DNA from: Ophelia neglecta
Taxonomy: Eukaryota
Length of the DNA stretch: 64,000 nucleotides
Reading direction: 5' to 3'
Assembly (NCBI GenBank): GCA_965285935.1
Contig: OZ260663.1
Coordinates: forward strand, 75,268,001-75,332,000
The notes under the pieces were generated by a model. The model made no database searches. It was not told where the DNA came from and saw nothing but the letters and a program-made list of their open reading frames with translations. Numbering within the stretch: position 1 is the stretch's first letter; each line of letters opens with the position of its first letter. The position numbers and the translations under genes were made by a program. Positions 16,001-29,546 of this stretch are shown here, piece by piece.

Positions 16001-16559
16001 GACCTCAACAATAGCTTTTAGACATAAAGTGGTCTCATTGGAATCCTAAAGTAGCAAATAAGTAATTTGTGTCATCATACATTGCGTTCATGCATCTAGT
16101 TTACATACAGCGGTCTTTCCCCCCAAAAAATCCCAAAATGTTGACTTTATTCAACTTTTTGTGTAAAAAAAATGCAACTTTTTTCAATCGCTCTCAGAAA
16201 AATATGGAACATGTTATGAGAATGACAGTTGGCTAAATATGTTCATAACCGCCTATTCTAGAAGACGGTCATACAGTTTTTCTTAAATCCTATCCTAAGT
16301 TGTGTTTTTGGGGCCATGATGACCCTAGTCATCAAAAAAAGTACTCATTAGTGCGTCTAAATCTTTACATGCCATTTAAAAAACGAATGAAAAGGTGTAT
16401 CAAAATTCTGAGACGCCGTCACCTAGATCTAACTGCTGCAAACAGTTTCCACTTTACAAAATTCAATTATCTCAATATTTGACTGCAGTAGCTCGAATGA
16501 AAAATTGTGTATCAGTTGTAATTAATTAAAATCGGCTTGGTTAGAAATCAACAAACAAG

Positions 16560-17350
16560 GTTCCAGAAGGTAGTTTTTCCCACCTGAACTAGACGTAGCG
16601 GCGATAAGCTTTCACACATTTTTGGGAACCTTGAGCCAGATTATGTGACCACCAATTACACTAATTGTCATTAAAATCGCGCCAATGAAAAAGTGACTTT
16701 TTGACTGATTTATCGTTGAGCACCAATCATATTACTGTCAATCGCCCAGAAGCACGTGGTCGAGCCACGCTGATCCGAGACGTGACTATGACGTCAGGCC
16801 TAACCTGGGCTGGATGGGCGGAGCAGAGATCACCGGCCCGGCGTATGACCACAATAGGTGCTAAGCCCATTATTTACGGATTAAGCCACACACTCTTGAT
16901 AGCTCTAGACATACACGGATCTTTACACTTTCACACTTTTATACTTGTTTACGAACAAATATTAGGCCCACTGGATAAAATGGGAAAAACAAAGCGAGAT
17001 CGCCGCACATGTGTTTTATTGCGAAGCCTAGTACCATGCCCGGAGACGTCGCCTTAAATAGTTATTCGAATCCTAAAGACTTTCCCGATTGATCCCTAAA
17101 TCAGAGCTTATCCCTGCTTTCTCTGGTTCGTAGCGCCCTGAACTGTTGAATTTTAATGACAACTACTCACCTTCCCAGCTTATGCCATAAATACTGTCTG
17201 CTGCGCGGGAAGCAGATTCGCTGGCAAATACCAAGGACGCATATGCGGTGGTAGGCAATCATGTAAATTACCAGTTCGTGTTGTTTAGAACTTGGACAGC
17301 TGGTAGTAAACGAGTATTTACAACTATCAGTGATTACTTTCGACCCCGCG
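16560..17350 (-). promoter_or_regulatory. CpG-rich internal promoter with candidate first exons on the minus strand
   Basis: There are three CCAAT boxes (16652, 16682, 16723), CACGTG at 16753, TGACGTCA at 16789 and GGGCGG at 16816. Minus-strand donors are AAG|gtgagt at 17170 and CAG|gtggga at 16583. Confidence 0.65.
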
Positions 17351-17901
17351 TATTATTTGTGATTTCACAAACACTATAGTATGTGTATGTATCTCACCTG
17401 TCATATATACAGCTTATCACAATTATCAGTGGACAGGTGAGAACAGGGAGGAGCCTAATTGCCATTGCTTAATGGATGTTCATGCATGGCTGAACACGAT
17501 AGTCATGTGACTAACAAGACCATAACATCTCTTGTTTGTAAACAAACATTTAGCTGTTAGGCATGAATAAAAACCCTTTATTTGAGTAAATAGAAATAAC
17601 TAAAAATGAAAATAAACACACCATTGGATAGAGCAGAGTAAGCTCTATCTAAAACAGTACATTTTCAAATATCACCCCATATGACATTTAATCATCAATT
17701 AGGGGTCCCACACCACCTTAATAGAATACAGTAAATTGTGCTAAGTTAAATGTTTGGCAAGTTAAATATATTTCATCTGTCCTACCTTTAAATTATCTCT
17801 CAATTGTTTTATGTCAGTTTTGAAATATTCATTTACAAATAATTGTTGCTAAAACACCCAGTTATACAAGACCAGTTATCAAAAAAAAAAGGTTACATGA
17901 A

Positions 17902-18084
17902 CAGAGAAACCTGCCTTAAAGACCTCCTCTATATTCAGACCACCTGGCAATTCAGACCATAAATATGTATGACCATTAAGTTCATTTTATCAAAGTAAAT
18001 TAACCTGTGTACACAGACCACCTTCATAATCAGACCAGTATTAATTCCAGTCCCTTGGGTGGTCCTAATTTATAGGTTTTACTG
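17902..18084. mobile_element. Second copy of the same Tc1/mariner-type MITE
   Basis: It reads CAGAGAAACCTGCCTTAAAGACC...AGGTTTTACTG|TA and is collinear with the 34585 copy. Confidence 0.8.
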
Positions 18085-18609
18085 TACTTAAACTTCAAAG
18101 GAAACTTTGTTTTATATTCTTGTTATATGGACTGTACATGTATATTGTAAGGCAAAACTTCATGCCCCAAAAACTGAAAATGTAAACATGCACTGTACAC
18201 ATATTTATTACCCATTTGAGCCAATATGGTTTATATTCAGAAAAGTGTAGGTGGCAATATTTTCATGGCCCAGAAAAGCTTTGGTTGAATGAAAAATGCT
18301 AATAACATCAATAAGGGTTATGAAACAGGATATTATTGATTTGATAGGCGCCGAGTGAGGAATATGGTTCTGAGAGGAAATAGAAAAAACTCAATTTATT
18401 GTGGATTTGATAATACATATGCTATGGTCATGCAAAGCATAACCAAACTGAGGAAATCATATTCATTATCATCTACATTTAAAGGATAAATTGAGCATCT
18501 AAAGGTAATCCCACAGGCAGTGGAATATATAATGTTGTATAACCACATCAATCTCATCCATCCATAAAATGACTGCTTGTTGGCACCCTCTTTAATACAA
18601 ATCAAGGCA

Positions 18610-18699
18610 TTAACTCATTCACTCCTGAATTAGTTGACACAAACCTGACCTCTGTTAAGCATGGATATAGGCTATCCATCCATAGCACACAATGGGTTA
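18610..18699. mobile_element. Small TTAA-flanked (piggyBac-like) MITE remnant
   Basis: It reads TTAACTCATT...AATGGGTTAA. A similar structure lies at ~27744-27824. Confidence 0.4.
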
Positions 18700-21432
18700 A
18701 TTATGTCTCCTGTTAGTGGTAGAGGGACATCCTGTTTTTCAGCGACAAAATCGATTCTGGCATCTATTTGTCATGCGATAAGAGAAAACGCTTGCAGTTT
18801 TTCAATTCAGTTTTAGGCACCTAGAATATGAAATAATCTAATGTTTTTGAGCAGCCTTTGTAACAGCAATATGGCTGGCCTGTAGCCAAATACAGTCTCC
18901 TTATGCCTTTTTTGTGCATTTGTAGTTTTTTTTTTCGGTCAGTGCCTGCTCTAGAAAGTGCCCAAATTTGGTCTTGGTTTGTTTTAGAGCAAACTCTGTT
19001 TTTATTGCTGCAACAGATTCTGAAATGAAACAAGGTGTTTAGAAACACAAGCCCCCTCACCAATTAAAAGGGATACTACACATATCTGTTGTAAGGTCCA
19101 CACCTGGCAAATTCAAAACCAGAGAGATCTTGTCTATCTTTATTTTTAAAAACTTGCTATTATCAAAAGCCAGGTAACATGCCTCTTTTGATAGAACCCT
19201 CCCTTTTCTACAACAAATCACTGAAATCATCCTCTATTTTAGAAGCTGGAGCCTATAGGAAACCACCTCATGTGCATATCTGGAGCTGCACAGATTTGGT
19301 GTGCACTTACAATAGCCTTGAGTTTGAGGGTTTCATGAGCTACTTGCTCTTGTACCAGTACATGTAAGAATAGCTGTCAGGTTGCCTAGCAGGCACAGCT
19401 ACCTTGAATTTAGTGTTTCAGTTTGTGAGGCCAAATTGGTTTCTATATTATGATATGTAACCAGTTGACTTTCCCTTGAGAAAGATTCAATGGCTATCTT
19501 CATGAGGCAGACTGCTAGCCAAGAACAAAGTGACTGGCGCTCTCATGGTGGTGTCACTATCTTTATGTAGGTAGTATGCCATTGGTTCCTAGTTATTTCG
19601 TTTTTTGGCTCCCTGTCATTCACAGAGCACGGACTATTTGGGCACATTCCCCTTTCACCTATTGGTGTTTCCTGGTATATATTTTATTAGTGCCCTCTCT
19701 AGTTGATTCCTCCAATTTTATGCTTATGCACTTTTTCTTTTCAAAGTACATATACATGTATTACTTGTTGATAATATTGGATACACCAGTCCATGTATAT
19801 AAACAGACAAAGCAAACTACCGTATTCTCTTGAATAATAAGGTTGTATTGCAACTGAACAATAAGGTATCCATCACCTCAATATTCAAAAAAGTATATAA
19901 AGTGATCAGCTTGTTTCTTTTTCTACTGTGTATTTAAGTATTGCATTTACACAATTTTTTTTAAAACTTTTGTCTTTTGCTCAAAGGAATGAATTCTGTA
20001 CATAATTACCTAGCCTGGTGATGATAATCTTCACCTGCCTCTTATGTTCATTTAGTTATGTAAAATGTCACAATGCAGGGTATCACTTGGAAAAGCATTT
20101 GTATTTGGGGACATTAATTCTCATTTGGGGTACACCAGCAGTCAGGATAATTAGCGGAAGCCAACCTGAATTCCAATCAATAATCATGCCTAAAACATAG
20201 TGTGCCCGGATCCTGATCACTCATATCTGACTTTTTCATGTTGAATAATCTACTTGTACATTGTATAATAGTACTACCGGTATTATTTCCTGTAACAGCT
20301 TAAACATAAATAAAAAGAGTAAGAAAAGAGAAAGAAAAAAGATGATAAATATGTTGTCCTTAACATCCTGTTTTCCACCACACAATCATTTATCATACTG
20401 TGTGGTAAGAGCAAAAAAAAAAGTTACTTGCTGGCCCATGCCTATGAAAATATGTTAAGGATGAGGTACTTGTACATGTAAATGAACCCCTACATACACA
20501 AAGGCAGAGGCCTTTAGAGGGAAGCCTGCAGGCAGGTCGGCCGTGGTGCGGAGCACATCGATCACAGCAAACCTTATGTTAGAGGTTAGATAACTCCTCC
20601 ACACTACATGGCATGAAAGACAAACTCAAACGAGCTTCAGCACAACAAGCCACACGGACATGGGCCTTAACCAACAAAAGCTCACAGGAAGTTTATACAC
20701 CAGTGTGGCAAAGCCGGAATCAATAGGTGCCAAACTGAGATACATGATTAGCAGCATGCTCATACAGAGGGTCTTACATCTATGCAATGAAAGAAACAAT
20801 TGAGCCTTTTATATATCAGCTTAAAGAATGAACAAGTGCTAAATCTCTGGCAATTAGCACTGTATCAAAACAGCGATGTCCAAGCTTTGATGTGTAAGAT
20901 CCTAGTACACGAATGTACTGCATGTAAGGTCAAAAGCATTTATATCATCATGGCATGGGTGGCACATCCACAAATTGCAAGTACAAGTCTAAACGTGGAA
21001 TCAATTTGCTCTCAGCAAATTATTTAAAAATAATTGTTTCATGACAGGTCAGATTGATATATGGCAGAAAAACTGCACAATTCTCCTATCAAACAGCTCA
21101 CAGCAGCATGTTTCCTGATTTAATGGCCTCAATTTACATTGGACAGCAGCTACTCAAGTGTACCAAGACTAATGTGAAGTCAACTACATCTCTATAGCAC
21201 AAATAAATGATGGACTATTATGCTCTTATTTTGTTACCTTATAAAATAGTATTCTCTTAAAAAACAATAACAACGCTTTACAAGTTTCACAATGAATATT
21301 TAGAAACTTTATGATTAGGTTTAATCAGGTCAACAAGGGGTATTTCCTCTCGTGGATAACTTTCTGAATCTGCTCATAATAATGTAATTTTTATCACTTA
21401 GAAAATTAAAATAAATCACGATTTTGATCCTT

Positions 21433-21660
21433 TATACAGTAAAAAGGACAATATAAGTTTGGCCCAATATATGACAATGATGATAGATAGTTCTTTGACA
21501 GCCTTTGGATTCTCAGTGAAAACTCTGACAAATATTAAAATAAAACACTGTTTTGGTCATTCATACAGTAAATAGGACACTTTAATTTTGTCCAATATGA
21601 CAATGATGATAGATAGTTCTTTGACAGGCCTTGGATACTCAGTGGGAATACTGACAAGTC
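21433..21660 (+). repeat. Diverged direct tandem duplication of ~100 bp
   Basis: ATACAGTAAA.AGGACA...ATGACAATGATGATAGATAGTTCTTTGACAG...CTCAGTG...CTGACAA occurs at ~21433 and again at ~21562. Confidence 0.85.
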
Positions 21661-24600
21661 TCAAGCATGCTTGAGAGAAGTCAATAACGAGCAATCCCTG
21701 GCACATGTCTGCGGATTATCTGAAATGACACTGATGGGAAGGTGACATCTTTGTCTGTCTGGAGATGAATGCAAATGAAAGTTGGCAGTGGAGACAAAGT
21801 CTACATTTAATGTCAGTCCAATAAACATAAAATTGGCAATAAACCCACCTCCTTAAACACTCCGACTTCCTGTCTAGCTCAATAAAAGAGAACCACCACT
21901 TAAATTCCCCATATGCACTACAATTTTTATGAATGAGTTTCAAGGGTGGGATCGCCATTGCTCCCAGCGAGATTCAATCAGTACCTCTAAGAAGTTAAGA
22001 GACACATTCTCTTAAACTTGCTGTGATATGGTCAAGAAAAAATAACACTGTGATACTTGGGATTAGAATCAATTTATAAAAAAACAGATGAAGATTGCAG
22101 CCAAGAAAGGCCCTTGGGTGCATGTAAAAATCTGACATTCTGATTTGTAAATATCGGCCCAAGTACGAGCATATACCTATGCTTATGAGTCCTTAATATT
22201 ATATTTAAGCGGTATAGGACGGAATGCAGCCAACATAATCCCAATCTAGAAAAGGATGGGTAACAACAAGTGATTATTATTGAGTGGCCATGTTTGGAAA
22301 TTATAGCTTCTTGTATCTTGGTTATGCAATGCTAATGTTCTTGGTAAATCAAACTTGAAATTCGTAAGTAGCATGATGTAGTAGAATTCTGCTAGTTATA
22401 TGAACATGTATACTAGAATGTTTGCTAATTTACATCATGTTCCTACAATTTTACAGAAAAAAACGTGGATAGGTTGTAGGATTTGATCCCAGTACACAAT
22501 GTATGTTTTTTTTGGACAGATTACCATTTATAAATAACATACATAGTGTCACTATAATACTGACAGTTGGAGCCCACTAATTTAATTCCATAGTGAGTAA
22601 TATCTGACAAGTAAAGTTTGGTTTATTCCACACCTCCTCCGAAATATTTACTACTAGTATGCCAATGCTGTTTAAGTCCAATTTGAACTTTTAGCGTTAT
22701 ACAATAAATAATCATACATGTAGTTCATGTATGTATACATGTTGGTGAATGCCAAACATCCAGACACAATTGACCAGTATGAAGTATGTACTGGTGGTTT
22801 CTATAGGTTCCCAAAGATTTTATAGACTAGCTGGCCGCCGCTCCAAACAATAAGGCAAAAATCTTAATTTTAGCTCAATGTCAATTTTGAATGTATTTCA
22901 GTATAATTTGTGTGTAGGCAAATAGAAAATCATGCATTTTTTGGACACATGCACATAAAAAAAATTTGCACACATATTTATGTTATGGTGATCCCAGCAA
23001 TTTTAATGTTGATTCTGATTAGACCTAAGTCATGGGGATGATACCTAGGGTTTGGAAGCTGACTTAGCCATCAGGGATGAAGACAAAAGTCATTAACATA
23101 ATAATGGGTTTGCAATTTGAATATTTGTCTCATTTTCTGTGTTATGTCATATATTTTCAATTTGTAACCACGGCAATGGGAGACAACCTTTTCTCAGGTC
23201 AATATCCATAATGTTAATGGCTTTGACCTTTAAGTCTGGGCAAAATTTCATGCCTGTATCCGAAAATGCACAATATGAAACCGTTTTCGGGGCTTAGGCC
23301 ACCCTATGCCCTACTGTATGAGGTTTCATATAACTTCTCAGTAAGATTTATCCGGTCATAAAAATGTGGTTAGCTTTAACATCCATGTTACAAAAACTCA
23401 AAGTTTCCAGGACATCCATGCTTGAAACAACACTATTAAGCAAGATTAAGTCCATGTTTTCAGGTCAATATCTATATGTAAGTATACTAACTTACTATAG
23501 TAGTTCCCCACCTAATCCCCACCCCATCCCTCAGGGAGGGAAGTATAATTATCAGAAACATCTGAGACATGTGAATCAATGAAACAGATACATGTGCATG
23601 TAATTAACTGATACTAGGATTGCTATGTGTTTTGACATTGCATGGAATGCTTAGGGTGTGACATGTTGACATGACATAATGCATGATTGTCATTCATTAT
23701 TACCTATTATTATCCTAGATTCAAATTGGAGGACTCAGTGATAAATGGTGACCTGCTGGCCTGTTAGATTGCCAATTATGACCACATGAACTCCAAGCTG
23801 TGTGCAGAATCCCAAGGTTTGACTTATTTGAATGCACCCCAAGCCTAGCCTGTCTCTTTAGTTGTCAATAGCTGAAATGTCGGTATCATTTATCAAATAC
23901 ATCCACAGAGTCAGCCCCCTTCTGACATGACCCAAGTTGGCATTTCTCATTGAGGGCTCACCTAAACAGTTGGCATTTAAATGATCTTACATCCAGACAC
24001 AGCATTATCCGCACTGGTCAGCAGAGGCTTTCCATTGAGACTAAATCCGGCATTTAACACTTTTGATACAGCCACAGCATGGGGGGAAATCTTACTAGTT
24101 TTTACCTCAAGTGTGGAAAATTTGGTCTTTGGTCCCACCTTAGTTACATCGCTTGCCTTTTTATTAATATGAGTAGCCATAACTCATCAAATATGGCTCG
24201 ATTGAGCATGTGCATAGCAAGAAAAAGATTTCCCGCAAATGTGCTCAATTTTATAATGAGCTAACACTTATGATTGTGAATAAAATTGTTTTTACAATTA
24301 ATCTTGTAATACATACTATATATATGGGATGAAAGTGAGCTTTTGATGTACCTTAGGCCAACAACTAAATATAGCCGAGTTTTCTAAATATTTCAAATAT
24401 GAAAAACATCTTGGCCTTTAATAGGCAAAGAATCCAAGCAACTTTTTGTTTCCAACAAGTCTAGATTTAATATATGTATATGTACTGCCTTAATTTCCTT
24501 TTCCTGATTTGACAGACATCTGAGTAATTTTTTGTACTTTCTTTCTCTTCATCAAGGGAAATTTCACATGACTTGCTTCACCTGATAAATGTGACTCACT

Positions 24601-27300
24601 TCTATTCAATCTAATTTGGAGAAATCAAATTCTCTTACTCGAGGCTAAAAATTCTCCTGGGATGAAAACACTGCTGCTGTTTGCCAGAAGTGCTGGTTAG
24701 CTGCAAGCTTCCAAGGTAAACATACTACTTTAATAAAATATAATTCTCATGAAATAAAAAATTTAAGATATTTCCGATTCTTTAATGCATGGTTTCATTG
24801 GGAATATGTACTACTATTGTTTGATAGATGATACCTTAGTTCCAATGGTTATTTTTTATGATATTGACACATACATGTATATATATCTAATTCGATATGC
24901 TAGGTACATACTAGATGGATTGTGTTTCAGCATATATCTTTAAGCTGTAATCATGGTCTGCACTATTAAACCGTGTGTCTTAATGCATGTCACTGGTAAA
25001 TCAAACTAAAACACTAAGCTACAAACATTTGTACTTACATGCAGATACTATAATTTTACCTAATGATTTACCAATTTCCCTATCAACTATAATTAAAAAG
25101 GAACGCCCTAGGTAGTGTGTGTTCACTAAACTTAACTCATAATTTCCATGTGGGCATTTTCATGTCTGCCCTGCAGCATCTGCCATCGGCTGGGCATATG
25201 TTGGCCTTTTTATATCTATAGACTGTTGCAGATAGGCCCTTCCTTGGGCAGATACTTCTGGGGATATGACAATGCTGTGTGTTATTCAGTAACCGGCAAC
25301 TACAACTACCTGCTTCATAGTTTTCAGCTTGCCTGAGAATATGTATCTATGAAAATGAAAAAAATTAATGACATGAGTTTTTCTGAAAACCCGATTGGTT
25401 GCTTGAAAAAAACCAACAGGAATACCTCCTGGCTATGTAAAATAAATTGTTAGTTCCTATCTTCGGATTGGATAAATGCTGTTGGCTTTAATAGACAACA
25501 ATGTCTTTGTCTTCAAAAATAGACTATTGGTGATGACAAAGGCATTGTTCCATGCACTTAATCTTCACCCAGGGGAATTCATTCTTCCTTGGATTAATAG
25601 TTATCCCTCCTTTAATACAGGCACACTGTTTTATATACATGTACATGTAGCTCCTTGGCCTGTCAGGTGAGGTGCACTAGCTGCGGCATCTTTATGTTAG
25701 CACTTACAGGTATAATGCCTATCTATCAAACCCCTTGTAATAGGTAACGTTACAATACACATATAAGTTGCTGGAAGGATGAGATGACTGAAGAACTCTC
25801 CGCATAAATGTTAATTAGTAAGACAGACAAATTATAAGACACACAAAAAAATAAACTGTTAATGCAGTAATTTAAGTAGGCTTACATCAGTATTTGAAAC
25901 TATGAAGTAGTTGGATTTTAAAAGGAGAATCCAGGTGTTCTTCTCCAGTAGCCTAGACCTACCCTGCTCATATTTCTGGTGTCATTTATTACCCTTGTCC
26001 TGTAGTAGGTAAGGGTCTTTGAGCAGGGTACCTTGGCTTTGTCTACCATGAAAACAAATTACTGTAAAATGACATATCTTTGCTAATATTAATTTTCACA
26101 TTTTCTTAAAAAAGGTCATTTTGCTAAAATTTAAATGGTTCCGGATTACTACCGGTAATACTGTAAGCCAACAAAATTTGGTGCCTATTAACACCAAACT
26201 TTGTGGTTTTTCTTCAGTCACAAAATTTGCTAACTAAAGCACTCAAAAATAATTAGCATGTTACATTAGCCCAATTGACTGATCAAATTTTTAATGAACA
26301 TAACTTTAGCATGTTCTGCACAAGCTAAAGCAGAAACAGGTGCAACTCCAACCAAGTCAGAACTCAATAGGAAAGTTATATACATGTACATGTACTTGTA
26401 CATAAACATAAAGGTGTACAACCGTGATCAAGAAAGGTTATTTATTAATCCATGAACCAAGCTATGACAACATCTAGATCTAAGATAAAACATGTAAGAA
26501 GCTGGTTTTGTTGACAGATGGATCATGGGGATAACCATCAAAACTGCTTCCGAAAGTTTCCAAATTTTATTTACTGTTTTCCTCCAAACTCCATTACAGA
26601 GCTAAAACACATATCTACAGAGACAATGACCATAAACTTGTCAACGATGACTATCTTTTCCTGTCCAATTTCCTTAGGCTTACTCAACGTTATCCTATAC
26701 AACATAATACGGACTGCAGTATTTTTGCCAGTCTCGTAACTTGTCTCATGCCGGCACTCTGAGGGATGGTTTAAGAGTACTTTACGTGGCGCTTTCTCAC
26801 CTCTCAGCAATTATTAACATATAAACAAGTAGTATAATTTCCAGAGGCTAGCTACGTAAAGAAAAGGGAAATGGTACAAGGTTTACAAGCTTCTTGTTAT
26901 GAAAACCCGCAGTTTTTTGGATTTCGATTGAATTGTTGCCCTTAAAAGTAGTTGTTTATAAAGGTTGCTAGGGATATTTTGTTTTATTAACCCTCAGTGG
27001 AGAAGTAAATTTTCACAAACCACCTGGCTGTGTTAAAAAATGATCAACTTTTATTATTTCAGAAGATGCTTAACTGTGCCTGTGCCTCCTTAATAACAAA
27101 CATTTGATTAAACTTTTACTATAAGTATAACCACAATGTGCACAACCTAAAGTTGGAAGCCATGCAGTGCACTGTGCTCCACTACCAAAAGAAAACAATC
27201 AGACTAACAAAAATACAGCGTCTGTCTCTGCAGTGATTTTAATCTCAATAAGGCTCCCTCTGTACATGTTTTATGAGGTTCAAATATTTTTTTGACTTAC

Positions 27301-27587
27301 CTTGTCAGTTGGTTACTGCTGAGAAATCATTGCTTCCTTTGGGAGTCAAGGCTACGTGTGTTAGTTTAGAGTGGGAGATGGTGCCTTGCTCAGGAAGTGC
27401 GCCTGACTTGATAGTTTTCCACCATCTCAATAGGTTTGTGCAGCTTGGGGACTGTTGATATATATAAACTTCTCAATGAGGATGGTATATGTCAAGACGA
27501 GGCAACCTATCTGATGGTAAAAGGGACATATCTGACACCATAAGCATGAGACGTGGAGCCTCTCCATGTCTAGACATCACAGATCAA
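27301..27587 (-). other. Probable non-coding (5'UTR) exon of an unidentified minus-strand gene
   Basis: It has a tctttgcag acceptor and an AAG|gtaagt donor, and contains only short uORFs. Confidence 0.5.
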
Positions 27588-27963
27588 CTGCAAAGATTAA
27601 AGTGTAAAAATCATATTCAAGATATCCAGTCAAGTTTTTACACCTAAACATGTGTTTTGTTCACTGATTACAACACTACATGGCATTAACCTCGAGAAAA
27701 ATGGGAAGAAAATCCAATTGAAAGATTTCTTTTGATGAAATGGTTAACCCTTACAGTCCTTTTCCCCCCATACACATGAAATATTTGGATCATGGAAACT
27801 TTGACATTGAACATAATGAGTTAAATGGGAAATTATAAAGCCTGATTTTTATAAGACTTATAATTCATAATACCTAGGTGAACAAAAATTGACCATAAAA
27901 TCTAAATTTTCTTTTTTAATTCAAAAATCAGCTACTAAAATTAAATACTTACCACCATAGCTT

Positions 27964-28046
27964 GAGGATGTAGCATCATTGATAGAGTTGCTGATATCAC
28001 TGGGCTAGGCTGTTGTCTAGCAAGGGTTGTGGGTTCAAATCCCAGC
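27964..28046 (+). mobile_element. tRNA-derived SINE head (degenerate)
   Basis: It has an A-box-like TAGCATCATTGATAGAG and a B-box GGTTCAAATCCC, but no complete cloverleaf. Confidence 0.55.
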
Positions 28047-28575
28047 CAATTCAACACACCTTTGAATTTTCAATATTAAAATTAAAGATTGAAAGAAAAA
28101 TTACAATATTTATGTATATTTAGTTTCTTGTTTAAACTGACAAACATTTAAATGGTCCCATTAAACCATGACAATCTCTTATCATTTCTTGATAGTAATC
28201 TTATATATATTTATATTCACTGAATTCCATAATATTTTAAAAAGATTCATGATTTGGGACTCGTGGTTAAAATACCAAAATAAATGTCACATTTAGAGTT
28301 GGTGCTTCTTAATTTATAGTTTTGTTTTTATTAAACTACATGAATTTGTACTTACATTTCCAAATTTGTTAATATTATTGGGTTAAATTGTATTAAATTT
28401 TGTCAAATCATAGAAAGATCTCCAAATTCGTCATTGCCTGATCTAAACAAAAACCATTCAACAGAATTTTTTACAGGCTGAAAACAATTGTGCCCCCCCC
28501 CCCCCCCCATCATATTTGATGCAAGAACATCTTTACAACAACCATGAAACAAGACTTATAGACCTGGTGAATATA

Positions 28576-28910
28576 CCCTGGGGGGGGGGGGGGTGGAGGG
28601 GGGCACTATCCTATGAAATTTGGGGGGAGGTTTCTTAGAGCCACCAGTGGCAAGCAAGGGAACTGAATAGTGTGTGCAAAAACAAAACATAATTTAGTGA
28701 TAAGAGCGAGTTTTGCTAGAAAATGACAGTCTAAAGCAGGTTAATCCGGAGCTTCTATAGAGAGCCAGTCCATTCAGAAAGAAAAGCCCAATGTTATGGA
28801 TATTTACTATGAAACAGGGGGGGGGGGCTTGGGGGGGGGGAGGCTTTACGACAGAACCTTCCCAAACCAACCTTATATATAGCAGTGTCCCCCCCCCCCC
28901 CCACCCTAGG
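28576..28910. mobile_element. MITE-like element with poly-G/poly-C inverted termini
   Basis: The inverted ends are CCCTGGG(n)...GGGGCACT and AGTGTCCC(n)...CCCTAGGG. Confidence 0.5.
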
Positions 28911-29321
28911 GGATTATACCTAACCCCACTTTACCCTCCCATGAAGGGAAGCAGAGTATATGTAAGCACAGATGCATTACTTTATGGGTTATTCATTTAT
29001 ATAATGTTCAGACTAAAGAGTTTAGTAAGGTATACTGCACTACTTACCTACTGTAGCTTAGTTGTCAAGCAGCATATTCTTATAAATAATTTGGCGCCAG
29101 ATCTATTTTCATTGTGTTCTGTTGGAATATTTTTCTGTGGTAGGAAAATGAACATAGCAGAAATTAAATGTGCATGCTAAGGTTAGGCTTGCGAACTCTA
29201 TTCGGCAGTGGACCACCGCAATTTACTCATTTCCCCCGCAACATCTCATTAATCATCCCCCATTTTCGGCAATTTTCGATTTTTTTTTTGTCTATATTGG
29301 CATTGCCGATGGGATTCCAGC

Positions 29322-29546
29322 GGCTTTGTGTTAACTGCGAAAGCGAAAGCTTCGGCGAAAGCAGCATTGGTGACACAATAATCTAAAATATCAGTTATTC
29401 TATAACCCAACCCTAACCCAGACATCGCAATTTTGTTTTTGATATAAATGGGTAAGGGTAGGGTTATTATTGTGTTCATATTAGCTCAATTTAAGCGGCC
29501 ATGCGGCTTTCGCCGAAGCTTTTGCTTTCGCCGTTAACACAAAGCC
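29322..29546. mobile_element. MITE with ~45-bp TIRs and 9-bp TSD (Mutator-like)
   Basis: The ends are GGCTTTGTGTTAAC.GCGAAAGC... and ...GCTTTCGCCGTTAACACAAAGCC, with TSD GATTCCAGC on both sides. There are internal inverted ccctaaccc/gggtagggtt motifs. Confidence 0.88.

Noticed and set aside
27964-28046. Functional tRNA gene
   Set aside because: A B-box is present, but there is no acceptor or anticodon stem pairing, so I treated it as a SINE head.
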